Part shown: piece by piece, positions 42,532-52,128 of the stretch | Layout of the letters: each line of letters opens with the position of its first letter | Position numbering within the stretch: position 1 is the first letter of the stretch | Source of the DNA: Patescibacteria group bacterium | Lineage (GTDB): Bacteria > Patescibacteriota > Patescibacteriia > JACRDY01 | Length of the DNA: 64,000 nt | Reading direction: 5' to 3' | Assembly: GCA_041653535.1 (NCBI GenBank) | Contig: JBAZFH010000002.1 | Coordinates: 173,011-237,010, forward strand | The notes under the pieces: generated by a model | What the model was told of the DNA's origin: nothing | The model's input: the letters and a program-made list of their open reading frames with translations, nothing else | Databases searched by the model: none | Position numbers and translations under genes: made by a program

Positions 42532-43416
42532 ATGAAAAAAATATTTTGCCCGATCTGCGGTGAGGGTAAATACGAAGATTTTTTAGACACCCGAGATGCT
42601 AGATATAGTCAAGCGGGCGTTTTTAAATTGGTTAAATGTATCCAATGCGATATGGTTTTTTTAGCCGTTATTCCCGAGGGAGACGAGTGGAAAAAGTTTT
42701 ACCCGGATGACTATTGGGCGGAAGAAGATAGTTTTTTCAATAATTTTGTTATCAATTTTTTATTGGCTAATTTTTTGCGGCTGATAAAAAAATATAAAAA
42801 ATATGGTAGCGTTCTTGATGTCGGGTGTGGCACCGGTAGAGTTTTGGAATATTTAGCGAGTAAGGGATGGCGGGTTTGGGGTCAAGAAATATCATCAGTT
42901 GCTTGCCGCCAAGCTGAGAGAAGAATAGAAAATGTTTATTGTGGTCCGCTTAAAGCCGCGACTTATCAAGAAAAATTTTTTGACGTGATAATCCTAAATT
43001 ATGTTTTTCATCAGATGATCGATTTAGCCGAAGAGCTGGCCCAAATAAAAAAAATAATCAAAGATGATGGAATAATGGTTTTTAGTATTCCCAATGTTGA
43101 CAGTCGTCAGTTGACGATAACTCAGCGGGATTGGTTTTGTATTGATTCTCCTCGCCATATTTATTTTTTTTCCCCAAAAACGATCAAAAGATTTTTTGAA
43201 AAAGAGGGACTAGAGATTGTTGATATAAGTTTCCCGTTATTTCAATTGCCACTCGATTTTTTTCATGGTCTGACTGCAAAATATTTTGGCAATAAAAAGG
43301 GGACAAAATATTGGTTTTTGTTTTTTCCGCTTTTAGTTTTTTCGTTGTTAATAAAAGTTATACCAGCCTACCGTAGTTGTATGACAGTGGCATGTAAAAA
43401 ACAATATGTCGAATAG
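42532..43416 (+). CDS. SAM-dependent methyltransferase with an N-terminal zinc ribbon and a C-terminal hydrophobic tail.
   Basis: CPICGEG...CIQCDM zinc ribbon. LDVGCGTGRVLEYL motif I. C-terminal WFLFFPLLVFSLLIKVIP. Confidence 0.75.
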   Translation: MKKIFCPICGEGKYEDFLDTRDARYSQAGVFKLVKCIQCDMVFLAVIPEGDEWKKFYPDDYWAEEDSFFNNFVINFLLANFLRLIKKYKKYGSVLDVGCGTGRVLEYLASKGWRVWGQEISSVACRQAERRIENVYCGPLKAATYQEKFFDVIILNYVFHQMIDLAEELAQIKKIIKDDGIMVFSIPNVDSRQLTITQRDWFCIDSPRHIYFFSPKTIKRFFEKEGLEIVDISFPLFQLPLDFFHGLTAKYFGNKKGTKYWFLFFPLLVFSLLIKVIPAYRSCMTVACKKQYVE

Positions 43417-44218
43417 TGCCAGGAGAATGGTAAAAAATTTAATCTGGTTGTACAAGTATGTCTTAGAGTATTTAGGTTCTTTTTTTGTTATCGAGGGAGA
43501 TTTATCGCGGTTAGTAATCACCGTTGATGTAGAGACCGCTGTCGATTTTTGCAATTGGCAGCCAGAGGCCGTTGCGTTAAAACATGCTGAAATCTCTCGA
43601 AGTGCTATAACGGAAATGATCGCTTTGACTAGGCAGTACAATGTGCCTATTACGTGGTTTTGTACTGGGAAGACTATTTTAAAAAACGAACAAGAGCCGT
43701 TAAATTATTTTGGTGATCTAATTGATGGCTTAACCGATTCCGGAGTGGGGCACGAAATAGCTTCGCATACTTTTAGCCATCCGCATTGTTCCAAAATCAG
43801 TCGACAGGATTTTATTCAAGAGATGCAAAAATTGAAAGAAGCCTTTGTCCAAAGAGGATTGGCATTTAGCAGCCATGCTTATCCTTGGAACGAGGTTGCT
43901 TATCTCGAGGAGTTACCAAAATTTAGCGTTCAAACTGTCAGAATAAAAGAAGGACTCTTTCCAAGTGTTATAAGTCAGCCGGAAAAATCGATTGTCAATT
44001 TAGTTAAACAATCTCTTGAAGGCACGCCACTTAGTTTTTGGTTGATTAAATTTGGTCTGCATATTGCCCGGCGAAAAAAAGCCTGTTTTGTCTGGTTGCT
44101 GCACCCGGAAAATTTTTATTATCAGCAAGATAAAGAGATAATAAAAAAAGTTTTTGACTACGCCGTTTATTTGCGGAAAAAAGGAGAACTAAAAATTATT
44201 ACCGTTAAAGAAATATGA
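43406..44218 (+). CDS. Polysaccharide deacetylase (CE4 / NodB homology).
   Basis: TVDVE (the TFDD-equivalent Asp motif region). HEIASHTFSHPH (the H-[ST]-x-x-H-P zinc-binding motif). Confidence 0.7.
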   Translation: MSNSARRMVKNLIWLYKYVLEYLGSFFVIEGDLSRLVITVDVETAVDFCNWQPEAVALKHAEISRSAITEMIALTRQYNVPITWFCTGKTILKNEQEPLNYFGDLIDGLTDSGVGHEIASHTFSHPHCSKISRQDFIQEMQKLKEAFVQRGLAFSSHAYPWNEVAYLEELPKFSVQTVRIKEGLFPSVISQPEKSIVNLVKQSLEGTPLSFWLIKFGLHIARRKKACFVWLLHPENFYYQQDKEIIKKVFDYAVYLRKKGELKIITVKEI

Positions 44219-45129
44219 ATAAAGAAAAATGCATAGTTTGCGGTCAAACGCAGCTTGACAATGTTTTTGAAATCCAAAGACCGGATTTTTCTCGTCCGGT
44301 AGGGATTGTTGTTTGTCGTAACTGTGGTTTTATTTTTCAGTCAGTGGGTCTGACACAGCAGGAAACAGCTTTATATTATAATCGGGAATACTATCAGCGT
44401 CAGACGTCTTTTTTGGAAAAAATGTTGGTGCTTTTTTTAGAATGGCTGGTGGCAATAGAAATCGGCAAAAATCGTTCCGGTGGGTTGATTTTAGATATTG
44501 GTTGTGGGGAAGGAAATTTTTTAAATAGTATGAAAAGAAATGGTTGGCGAACCTTCGGTATTGACACCTCGGCTGTTGCCTGTGAGGTGGCGACTAAAAA
44601 ATTAGGCAACGATGCTGTCGTGTTAAATAAAAATCTTGAAGATTGCGGATTTGCTGATAACTATTTTGATGTCGTAACTTTGTGGCATGTTTTGGAACAT
44701 ATCGAGAATCCCGACCGGTTACTCACCGAAATACGGCGTATTCTTAAACCAAATGGTATGCTGGTTGTTGAAGTGCCAAATTTATCTAGTCCGGTTTTTA
44801 AACTCACCAAGCAGGGGTACTTTAGTTTTGACGACCCGACTCACTTGTATCATTTTAGCGCTAAGACGCTAAATAAGTTGATTGAAAAAAACGGCTTTTC
44901 TTTTAAAAAACGGGGTTGCACGACATTCAATATTGTTTTATCATTATTTACTAGCATATCGCGCCGATTGTATTATCGAGATAAAATAAATTCTAAGGTG
45001 ATAAGGAGCCTGGTTTTTGTTGTTTTGTTTCCACTTTTGACGATTTTGACCTTAATTTTTGGATTTTTGACGCTAATACGTCCGCTAGGCAGTGTTTTGC
45101 GATTTTACTACTCAAATAATCAAAAATAA
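44215..45129 (+). CDS. SAM-dependent methyltransferase with an N-terminal zinc ribbon and a C-terminal hydrophobic tail.
   Basis: CIVCGQT...CRNCGF. LDIGCGEGNFLN motif I. C-terminal TM-like LVFVVLFPLLTILTLIFGFL. A paralogue of 42532-43416. Confidence 0.75.
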   Translation: MNKEKCIVCGQTQLDNVFEIQRPDFSRPVGIVVCRNCGFIFQSVGLTQQETALYYNREYYQRQTSFLEKMLVLFLEWLVAIEIGKNRSGGLILDIGCGEGNFLNSMKRNGWRTFGIDTSAVACEVATKKLGNDAVVLNKNLEDCGFADNYFDVVTLWHVLEHIENPDRLLTEIRRILKPNGMLVVEVPNLSSPVFKLTKQGYFSFDDPTHLYHFSAKTLNKLIEKNGFSFKKRGCTTFNIVLSLFTSISRRLYYRDKINSKVIRSLVFVVLFPLLTILTLIFGFLTLIRPLGSVLRFYYSNNQK

Positions 45130-46617
45130 ATGAAGGTATTGCTTTCTAATCCTCCTTGCCGCGTTGATTCGGGTGACGGCAAAGAAAAGTTTTTTATCCG
45201 TGCTGGCTCTCGCTGGCCATTTTCTGTCACAAAGAAAAAAGAGGAGAAAGCGGACTATTTACCGTTTCCTTTTTATTTAGCCTATACCGCCGCTCTTTTA
45301 GAAAAAAAAGGTTTTGATATTGTGGTTAACGACGCGGTGACGCTAAACAAAACAGAGGAAGAGTTTCTACAAGAAATCGTGCGAGACAATCCTGATATAA
45401 TTTTATTCGAAACCTCAACGCCGACGATCAATCATGACTTAGTATTAGTTAATAAAATAAAAAAACTTTTACCTAAAATAAAAATTGCTCTTGCCGGACC
45501 TCATGTTTCAACTTTTTTTCAAGAAACCATGAAAAAATCTCCAGTTGTAGATTTTATTTTTATTCAAGAATACGAGCTGTCCTTCACTGAATTAGTCGAA
45601 CGGTTAGTACAAGGAAAGACTTTTGATGATATTACGGGGCTAGTTTGGCGTTCCGGTGAGCAGATAAAAAATAATCCACCAAAACTGATTGATCCGCTTG
45701 ATCAACTGCCGCCGCCGGCTCGTCGTTTTTTCCCTATTGATTTGTATTGGGACGGATTTTGCCAATATCGGCCGGCAGTACAGATGCATGCCACCAGAGG
45801 TTGTCCTTTTCGCTGTAATTTTTGTCTTTGGAACCAAGTAATGTACAACAATGCCAAATATCGTACATTTGGTGTTAAAAGAATCGTCGATGAAATGAAG
45901 GACTGCCAGAAAAAATACGGCGCCAAAGAAGTTTATTTTGACGACGATACTTTTACCGGCAATAAGCAATTTGTTTTAGATTTTTGTCGAGAGATAAAAA
46001 ATCGTGGTCTTAATATCCATTGGTCGTGTATGGGTGATGCCATGATCACCGACGAAGAAATGGTGGAAGCGATGGCGGATGCTGGTTGTGTTGGTATGAA
46101 ATTTGGCGTTGAGTCGGGAGATGCGGAGGTTTTAAAAAAAATTTGTAAGCCGGTGGTTCATGAAAAGATAAAAAAAGTAGCGCGACTACTAGCCAAAAAG
46201 CATATTAAGACTCATGCTACTTTTACTTTCGGTCTTTCAGGAGAAACTAAAGAGAGCATGAAAAAAACCATGGATTTTGCTAAAGAATTGGACGTTGATA
46301 GCGTGCAGTTTTCTATTAATACGCCTTTTCCGGGTACCAGGTATTACCAGGAATCTCAAGAAAAAGGTTTGTTACTAGCCAAAGATTGGTCGGACTACGA
46401 CGGGGCGACTTCTTCGATAGTTAAATTTGAAAATTTGACCAACGAGGAAGTAGAGTGGCGTTATTGCAGTGCTAGCGGTGAGTGGTTGCGTTATAAGCTA
46501 AAAAGCCCGCGTTGGGTGTTGCGACAGGTCTATAATTTTTTCCGTTTGCTGGTCGGACAAGGTACGGTTGGCGCCGGGCAAAAGTTAAAAAGGCTTTTTG
46601 AATTAATTAAATCTTAA
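45130..46617 (+). CDS. B12-binding-domain radical SAM enzyme (class B).
   Basis: N-terminal B12-like domain, then ATRGCPFRCNFCLW (C-x3-C-x2-C) and TFGLSGET / NTPFPGT blocks. The start abuts the upstream stop. Confidence 0.8.
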   Translation: MKVLLSNPPCRVDSGDGKEKFFIRAGSRWPFSVTKKKEEKADYLPFPFYLAYTAALLEKKGFDIVVNDAVTLNKTEEEFLQEIVRDNPDIILFETSTPTINHDLVLVNKIKKLLPKIKIALAGPHVSTFFQETMKKSPVVDFIFIQEYELSFTELVERLVQGKTFDDITGLVWRSGEQIKNNPPKLIDPLDQLPPPARRFFPIDLYWDGFCQYRPAVQMHATRGCPFRCNFCLWNQVMYNNAKYRTFGVKRIVDEMKDCQKKYGAKEVYFDDDTFTGNKQFVLDFCREIKNRGLNIHWSCMGDAMITDEEMVEAMADAGCVGMKFGVESGDAEVLKKICKPVVHEKIKKVARLLAKKHIKTHATFTFGLSGETKESMKKTMDFAKELDVDSVQFSINTPFPGTRYYQESQEKGLLLAKDWSDYDGATSSIVKFENLTNEEVEWRYCSASGEWLRYKLKSPRWVLRQVYNFFRLLVGQGTVGAGQKLKRLFELIKS

Positions 46618-46622
46618 TCAAT

Positions 46623-47765
46623 ATGAAAATCGGGGTTCTTATCGGACAGGTAGTACAGATAGGCGGTGTGTGTATTGCCGCTTTTGAAGAAGTGCGTAAT
46701 TTGCGAGCCGTTGGTCATGATGCCGAGCTGGTTATTTTGCAGGAGCGACCGGAATTTCGATTTGATGATTTTGCCGGCGATATTCCGATACGCTATATTT
46801 CTCGTGAGCTGCCGGCGTGGGCACGGATAGATTTCAAAATTCCATTTTTTTCTTTTTTTAGATTTTTTCATCTGCGCAGTTTTTTTACCGCCAAAAAAGT
46901 CATCAGAGATCAGGAGTATGATTTGCTGATTGTCCACGAAACATACAATTGTTTTGCTGCGCTATCTCTCAAGAAAGACCGTCATATTCCTTTCAAAGTT
47001 TTTTTGTGGGACCCGGCATCGTATATTTTGCCGAGAGTTTATCAAAACAGTTTTCTTGGTTTATTTTTACCGATACTTTTTCCTCTTAGCCTGCTACTTG
47101 ATAAAAAGATAATTAAAGAAGCCGAAGAGGTTATTGTTTGTTCTGATTTGCACAAAAAGTATATCGAAGGTATCGGCGGACGGGACAAAACTAAAATCGT
47201 TTATCCAGGTTGCTATCCCCTGGAAAAGTTACCAGAAGAAAAAAAACAATATCTATTAGCACTAACCAAATGGGATATCGGAAAAAATCCTTTCTTGCTT
47301 TTAGATGTTTTAAAAATATTGGTTGATAAAAATATAAAATTAATTGTTGCCGGAAATTGGGTGCAAGAAGATTATCGTCTGGAGTTTATTGATAAAATAA
47401 AGCAAGAAGGATTGGTTGATAGGGTAGGACTGATTGATAGGGTGGATGATCTGCAAAAGATACAGCTTTTTTCCGGCGCGATTGTCCTCGTTCATCCGAT
47501 TATCGAAGCTTTTGGCATGATGTGTTTAGAAGCGGCCGGTTGCGGATGTCCCAGCATTATCCCCAAAGGATCGGGGGTAACAAATATTTTTGAACACGGT
47601 ACGCAGGGTTTTTTTCCGACCGAAGGGGATATCAACGCTTACGCCGGCTATATAAACGATTTGGTAGCAGATACGGCTTTAGCGGCAAAAATGGGTAATG
47701 CAGCCTGGGAAGTGGCTAAACAAAACACCTGGGTAGAGCACGCTAAAAAGATATTGATGCAATAA
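46623..47765 (+). CDS. GT4 glycosyltransferase.
   Basis: 380 aa. GT-B layout. C-terminal EAFGMMCLEAAGCGCPSIIPKGSG motif. Confidence 0.75.
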   Translation: MKIGVLIGQVVQIGGVCIAAFEEVRNLRAVGHDAELVILQERPEFRFDDFAGDIPIRYISRELPAWARIDFKIPFFSFFRFFHLRSFFTAKKVIRDQEYDLLIVHETYNCFAALSLKKDRHIPFKVFLWDPASYILPRVYQNSFLGLFLPILFPLSLLLDKKIIKEAEEVIVCSDLHKKYIEGIGGRDKTKIVYPGCYPLEKLPEEKKQYLLALTKWDIGKNPFLLLDVLKILVDKNIKLIVAGNWVQEDYRLEFIDKIKQEGLVDRVGLIDRVDDLQKIQLFSGAIVLVHPIIEAFGMMCLEAAGCGCPSIIPKGSGVTNIFEHGTQGFFPTEGDINAYAGYINDLVADTALAAKMGNAAWEVAKQNTWVEHAKKILMQ

Positions 47766-47778
47766 ATATTCTTTAGCG

Positions 47779-48573
47779 ATGAACAAAGAACTAAACAATT
47801 CGGACGGCAATATCGGATCTTATGACCGGCAGTATTTTTTGGAGAAAGAATCCGGTCGGTACGATTTTCGTAATAAAATAATAAATCAAAGATTTAAAGA
47901 TATTTTGCGGTTGGTTGCTTTGAGTAGTAACGACAAGGTTTTAGATTTAGGGTCTGGTCGCGGCGAGATGGGTGATATTTTGCAAGGCAGTGCAGGAGAA
48001 ATTGTTTTAGCGGATTATTCTGATGAAGCGTTGGCGATAATAAGGGGGCATATTGTGGCAAATGAGAGGGTGAGGATAGAAAAGATCAACGCCAAAAGTA
48101 TTCCTTATCCCGACGAATATTTTGACAAGGTGTTCTTTTTGGAAGTTATCGAGCATCTCTATTTACCAGAAGCGGAAGATGTTTTAAGGGAAATAAAAAG
48201 AGTTTTAAAAAATGGTGGAGAGCTGATTTTATCTACTGGTCCAAACAAATATTTATCTTCTCCGCAATACTTTATCGCTCAAAAGGTTTTTAACCTAAAA
48301 ACAGAGTGGGGTAAATATCATTTAAACGAATTTTCGTATTTTTCACTTAGAAAAGCGGTCAAAAAAAATTTTAGTGATTTTAAAATATATTGTTATGAAG
48401 ATCCAGGATGGTTTTATTCGACAATAAAAAGCCAAAATCTTCCCAGACTAATCAAAGAGGTCACGCGTCTACTTAACAAAGTATATGATTTGAGTCTTTT
48501 TAGACTTCTGAGAACAAAGCTGCCGCTCAGAAAGTTTTTTGCTCACCGTTTCATATTAATAGCTAAGAAATAA
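47779..48573 (+). CDS. Class I SAM-dependent methyltransferase.
   Basis: VLDLGSGRGEM motif I. LEVIEHL post-I motif typical of Methyltransf_11/23. Confidence 0.75.
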   Translation: MNKELNNSDGNIGSYDRQYFLEKESGRYDFRNKIINQRFKDILRLVALSSNDKVLDLGSGRGEMGDILQGSAGEIVLADYSDEALAIIRGHIVANERVRIEKINAKSIPYPDEYFDKVFFLEVIEHLYLPEAEDVLREIKRVLKNGGELILSTGPNKYLSSPQYFIAQKVFNLKTEWGKYHLNEFSYFSLRKAVKKNFSDFKIYCYEDPGWFYSTIKSQNLPRLIKEVTRLLNKVYDLSLFRLLRTKLPLRKFFAHRFILIAKK

Positions 48574-48590
48574 AAAATAATTGATATTCT

Positions 48591-49253
48591 ATGTCCAGAA
48601 TAGATGATTCCCGTCAGGGTTACGACGAACTTCATAAAGATCAAGGCTTTAGCGAGGAGCCGGAGTACTATGAAGTTGTCGGCGCGTTAGTCAAGGGTAA
48701 AAAAAGCGTAGATATTGGTTGTGGCTATGGTTTTATCGAAATGTATTCTCCAGAAACAGTGGCGGTTGATTTTTCCGAAGAAGCGTTAAAAGTAGCGCAG
48801 CAAAATGGCGCGCGGCAAACAGTGAAAGCGCCAGCCGAAGAACTGCCGTTTGCCAGCGATGAGTTTGAAGTAGCGACAAGTATTGGTGTTTTGGAACACT
48901 GCGCCGATCAAAAAAAAGCAATTCAAGAAATGGTTAGGGTTTCCAAAATTCAAATTTTAGCAGTTCATGCCAAGTTGCCTTATGGTTTAGAATTAGTACG
49001 CCGTCCGCTCATTAAATTTTTTGGTCTCAAAGATCAGCCAATCGAAGACCCTCTGACTATGAAACAGATTAAGCAGCTGCTCAAAGACGCCGGCTCGCGC
49101 GTTATCGTCGAAGGTTTTTGGAACTATATTGATCTGCGCTGGCTTTGGAAAAAAATTCCTTATAGTTTGGTGAAATGGCCGTCTCATCATTTTGTCATTG
49201 CTATTAAAACACCAAACCTCGAACGTAAATTTTTAGGAGAAAATGAAAGATAA
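48591..49253 (+). CDS. Class I SAM-dependent methyltransferase.
   Basis: SVDIGCGYGF motif I. GVLEHC. 220 aa. Confidence 0.7.
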   Translation: MSRIDDSRQGYDELHKDQGFSEEPEYYEVVGALVKGKKSVDIGCGYGFIEMYSPETVAVDFSEEALKVAQQNGARQTVKAPAEELPFASDEFEVATSIGVLEHCADQKKAIQEMVRVSKIQILAVHAKLPYGLELVRRPLIKFFGLKDQPIEDPLTMKQIKQLLKDAGSRVIVEGFWNYIDLRWLWKKIPYSLVKWPSHHFVIAIKTPNLERKFLGENER

Positions 49254-50376
49254 TATTGGAAAGATTATCAAAACTATTGTTAACAACCCGGGCAATATAC
49301 CCTGGCGCGGTTTTCAGTTCGCCCGAAGGATTTTTCCGCTAGATTATTATTTTGCCTCCGGTCACGCTTTTCCCCCAGACATTATTACCATACTGATCAC
49401 TAGGCGTTGTAATTTTAGTTGTCCGGGTTGTTCTTCTGCTTCACCGCTGTACACCAAAGATTGCGCGGACAAAAAAGAAATGAGCTTGGAGGAAATAAAG
49501 AAACTAATTGACCAAGTCGCTTGGTTTAAACCAGCGATATATTTTAACGGTGGCGAGCCAACACTCCGTCCTGATCTGATCGAGGCGATAAAATATGCCA
49601 AAAGCAAAGGGTTGATAACGGCGCTGACCACCAACGGCAGTTTGATGGACGAAGATTTGACGGCAAAAATAGTTTCCAGCGGGCTTGATTTTTATTCTAC
49701 CTCTATCGACGGTCCAGCAGAGTATCACAATGCTCGTCGCGGTTTTACTTTTGCTTATGAAAACGCTACCAGGGGAATTATCAATCTTTTGCTTGCTAGA
49801 AAAAAGGCAGGCGTTGCCACACCGCATATTCGCATTTCTTGTATCACTAACAGTGAGAAGGTGGATTATAACTGGCACGTTTTGCACTTAGCGAACGACC
49901 TTGGCACTGACGAAGTGGCTTTTGGTAATCTAATGTTTTATTCACCAGAAGTTGAAAAAAAACAAAATGATTTTATTGCCGCGCATGGCACTGGCGGACA
50001 AGAAGTGATTGGTTTAGCCGTTAATGACGGCAAGATAGCGGTTGATGCCCCGGCATTAAAAGAGTTTTATCGCACCGCGAAGCAAAAATCCAAAATACCG
50101 GTTTACCTGGTGTTAAACGAGGGAGACGTTGATAGTTTCTATTCCTGGCGGTATCCGGCTAAAAGCCGTTGTCTTACTCCTTGGCTGGTGGCAGTGGTTT
50201 TACCAAACGGCGATGTGACGGTTTGCCAAAATTTAATACTAGGAAATATTTTGCAAGACAAATTTACAAAAATCTGGAATAACAAAAAGTTTAAATATTT
50301 TCGTTTAGCCAGAAAGAAATACCAGATGCCGGCTTGTTTTCGTTGTATCGAAGGTCAGGAAATAAAATTTGATTAA
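49243..50376 (+). CDS. Radical SAM enzyme with a C-terminal SPASM domain.
   Basis: TRRCNFSCPGC (C-x3-C-x2-C). C-terminal C...C...CFRC cysteines. Overlaps the upstream MT by 11 nt. Confidence 0.8.
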   Translation: MKDNIGKIIKTIVNNPGNIPWRGFQFARRIFPLDYYFASGHAFPPDIITILITRRCNFSCPGCSSASPLYTKDCADKKEMSLEEIKKLIDQVAWFKPAIYFNGGEPTLRPDLIEAIKYAKSKGLITALTTNGSLMDEDLTAKIVSSGLDFYSTSIDGPAEYHNARRGFTFAYENATRGIINLLLARKKAGVATPHIRISCITNSEKVDYNWHVLHLANDLGTDEVAFGNLMFYSPEVEKKQNDFIAAHGTGGQEVIGLAVNDGKIAVDAPALKEFYRTAKQKSKIPVYLVLNEGDVDSFYSWRYPAKSRCLTPWLVAVVLPNGDVTVCQNLILGNILQDKFTKIWNNKKFKYFRLARKKYQMPACFRCIEGQEIKFD

Positions 50377-50377
50377 T

Positions 50378-51574
50378 ATGCGGATATGTTTTTTTAATCT
50401 TAATCGGCTTGATTACGAAGGTGGCGCCGAAAAGTATTTTGTCGAGACGGCTGCCGCGCTAAAAAGGGATGGTCAGGATGTTTTTTTTGTTTGTGATAAT
50501 TACTTTTACGTTCGGATTCGGCCAAAAATAGAAAATTTTATTTTTCGTCTGATCGGAGCGCCACTGCATCAAAATGGGATTACTTCCCGCCAGCTGGAAG
50601 AAGATCTGAAAATATTTGATAGCTACAAAATGCCGCTATTATTTCAGTTGCCGTTTTCCGCCGCACGCAGGAAAATCAAAAAATTATTAGCCCAAGCCGA
50701 CGTAATTTATTGCAAAAACGAGTTTATTGATTCTTGGTATTTGAAACGTTTAATCGGCAAAAAGGGATTTGCCAAAGTAGTGCTTGGATTACACACTGCT
50801 ATTTTTTTAGCCAATGCAGAATCTTTTCATTCGCGAGTTCATAATTTTTTGTATTTTTCGCGCGTTTACCAAAAAGTTTTGCAGCTTTGCGGCGCCGTTC
50901 ATGTGATCAACAATTCCTATAAAGATAAATTGGTCGAAAGTTTCAAGCTTGATCCGGGAAAAATTGTCTTTGTGCCAAACGGAATAAAAGAAAACGATTT
51001 GGAAAGGACGACTGCCGGCGAAAGTGACGCTTTTAAGATTTTATTCGCCGGACGCTTTACCGAACAAAAAGGCATTGATTATTTGTCGGAAATCATTGAT
51101 AATCTATCTAAAGATCCAATCTTTTCGCGAATAGAAATATTGATTGCCGGAGCGGGTCAGCGCCAGGATATTGTAGATAAATTGATAAATAAATTTAGTA
51201 ACGTCAAATATCTTGGTTTTGTCAAGGAAATGTCGAATCTTTATCGACAAGTTGATATTTGCATCGTGCCGTCACGTTGGGAAATGTTTCCGTATAATTG
51301 TCTGGAGCCGCAAGCGAAAAGTTTGCCAGTAGTGGCTTTCGACATTCCCGGAACTAAAGATATTGTTGTTAATGGCACGACCGGGTTACTTACTCCGCTT
51401 GGCGAGGCGAATTCCTTTAGCGGGGCAATAAAAAAAATGTTTGATCTAAAGGCTAATAACCGCGTCGAGTGGCAAGTGATGAAAGATGCGGCTTACAAAA
51501 ATGTTTCGGAAAGATTTACTCTGACAGCTGTGGCAAAAGAACTGGAAAAACTTTTTGAAAAAGTAAAAAAATAA
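50378..51574 (+). CDS. GT4 glycosyltransferase.
   Basis: GT-B layout. EMFPYNCLEPQAKSLPVVAFDIPG motif. ATG 50378 is preferred over the TTG 50369 of the ORF track. Confidence 0.75.
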   Translation: MRICFFNLNRLDYEGGAEKYFVETAAALKRDGQDVFFVCDNYFYVRIRPKIENFIFRLIGAPLHQNGITSRQLEEDLKIFDSYKMPLLFQLPFSAARRKIKKLLAQADVIYCKNEFIDSWYLKRLIGKKGFAKVVLGLHTAIFLANAESFHSRVHNFLYFSRVYQKVLQLCGAVHVINNSYKDKLVESFKLDPGKIVFVPNGIKENDLERTTAGESDAFKILFAGRFTEQKGIDYLSEIIDNLSKDPIFSRIEILIAGAGQRQDIVDKLINKFSNVKYLGFVKEMSNLYRQVDICIVPSRWEMFPYNCLEPQAKSLPVVAFDIPGTKDIVVNGTTGLLTPLGEANSFSGAIKKMFDLKANNRVEWQVMKDAAYKNVSERFTLTAVAKELEKLFEKVKK

Positions 51575-51575
51575 T

Positions 51576-52127
51576 ATGGTAGAGCTGCAAAAAATAAACT
51601 TTGGTTGCGGGCACAAACATTTGTCCGGTTTTATTAATGTTGATAATAACCCCAACGTCAAAGAAGCTGATGTTGTTCATGACTTAAATATCTTTCCTTA
51701 TCCTTTTGCTGATTCTTCGGTTAACGAAGTAATCATGGACCATGTTTTGGAACACTTGGACGATCCGATTCGGGTGATTGAAGAGCTATATCGAATCAGT
51801 GCTGACGGGGCGATGCTTTATATCAAGACGCCGCATTTTTCTTGCAACTGGCTGCACCCGGGGCACAAAAATGGGATTAGCACGATGCTTTTCAGCTATT
51901 TTGTTCATGACGGAGATGATTACTACGGAGATTGTTACTTTGAAGTAAAGAAAATCAAGTTAAGCTGGTTGCGTCCAGCAAACAAACATTCGGTTGCGCT
52001 CAATACGCTTTCCCGGATAATTAATTTTTTCGCCAACCTCAATATTGGTTTCTGTCAGCGAGTTTGGTGTTACTGGGTGGGGGGATTTGAAGAGTTAGAA
52101 TTTGAAACCAAAGTAATAAAAAAATAA
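51576..52127 (+). CDS. Class I SAM-dependent methyltransferase (small).
   Basis: INFGCGHKHLSGFINVD motif I, DHVLEHL. 183 aa. Confidence 0.65.
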   Translation: MVELQKINFGCGHKHLSGFINVDNNPNVKEADVVHDLNIFPYPFADSSVNEVIMDHVLEHLDDPIRVIEELYRISADGAMLYIKTPHFSCNWLHPGHKNGISTMLFSYFVHDGDDYYGDCYFEVKKIKLSWLRPANKHSVALNTLSRIINFFANLNIGFCQRVWCYWVGGFEELEFETKVIKK

Positions 52128-52128
52128 A

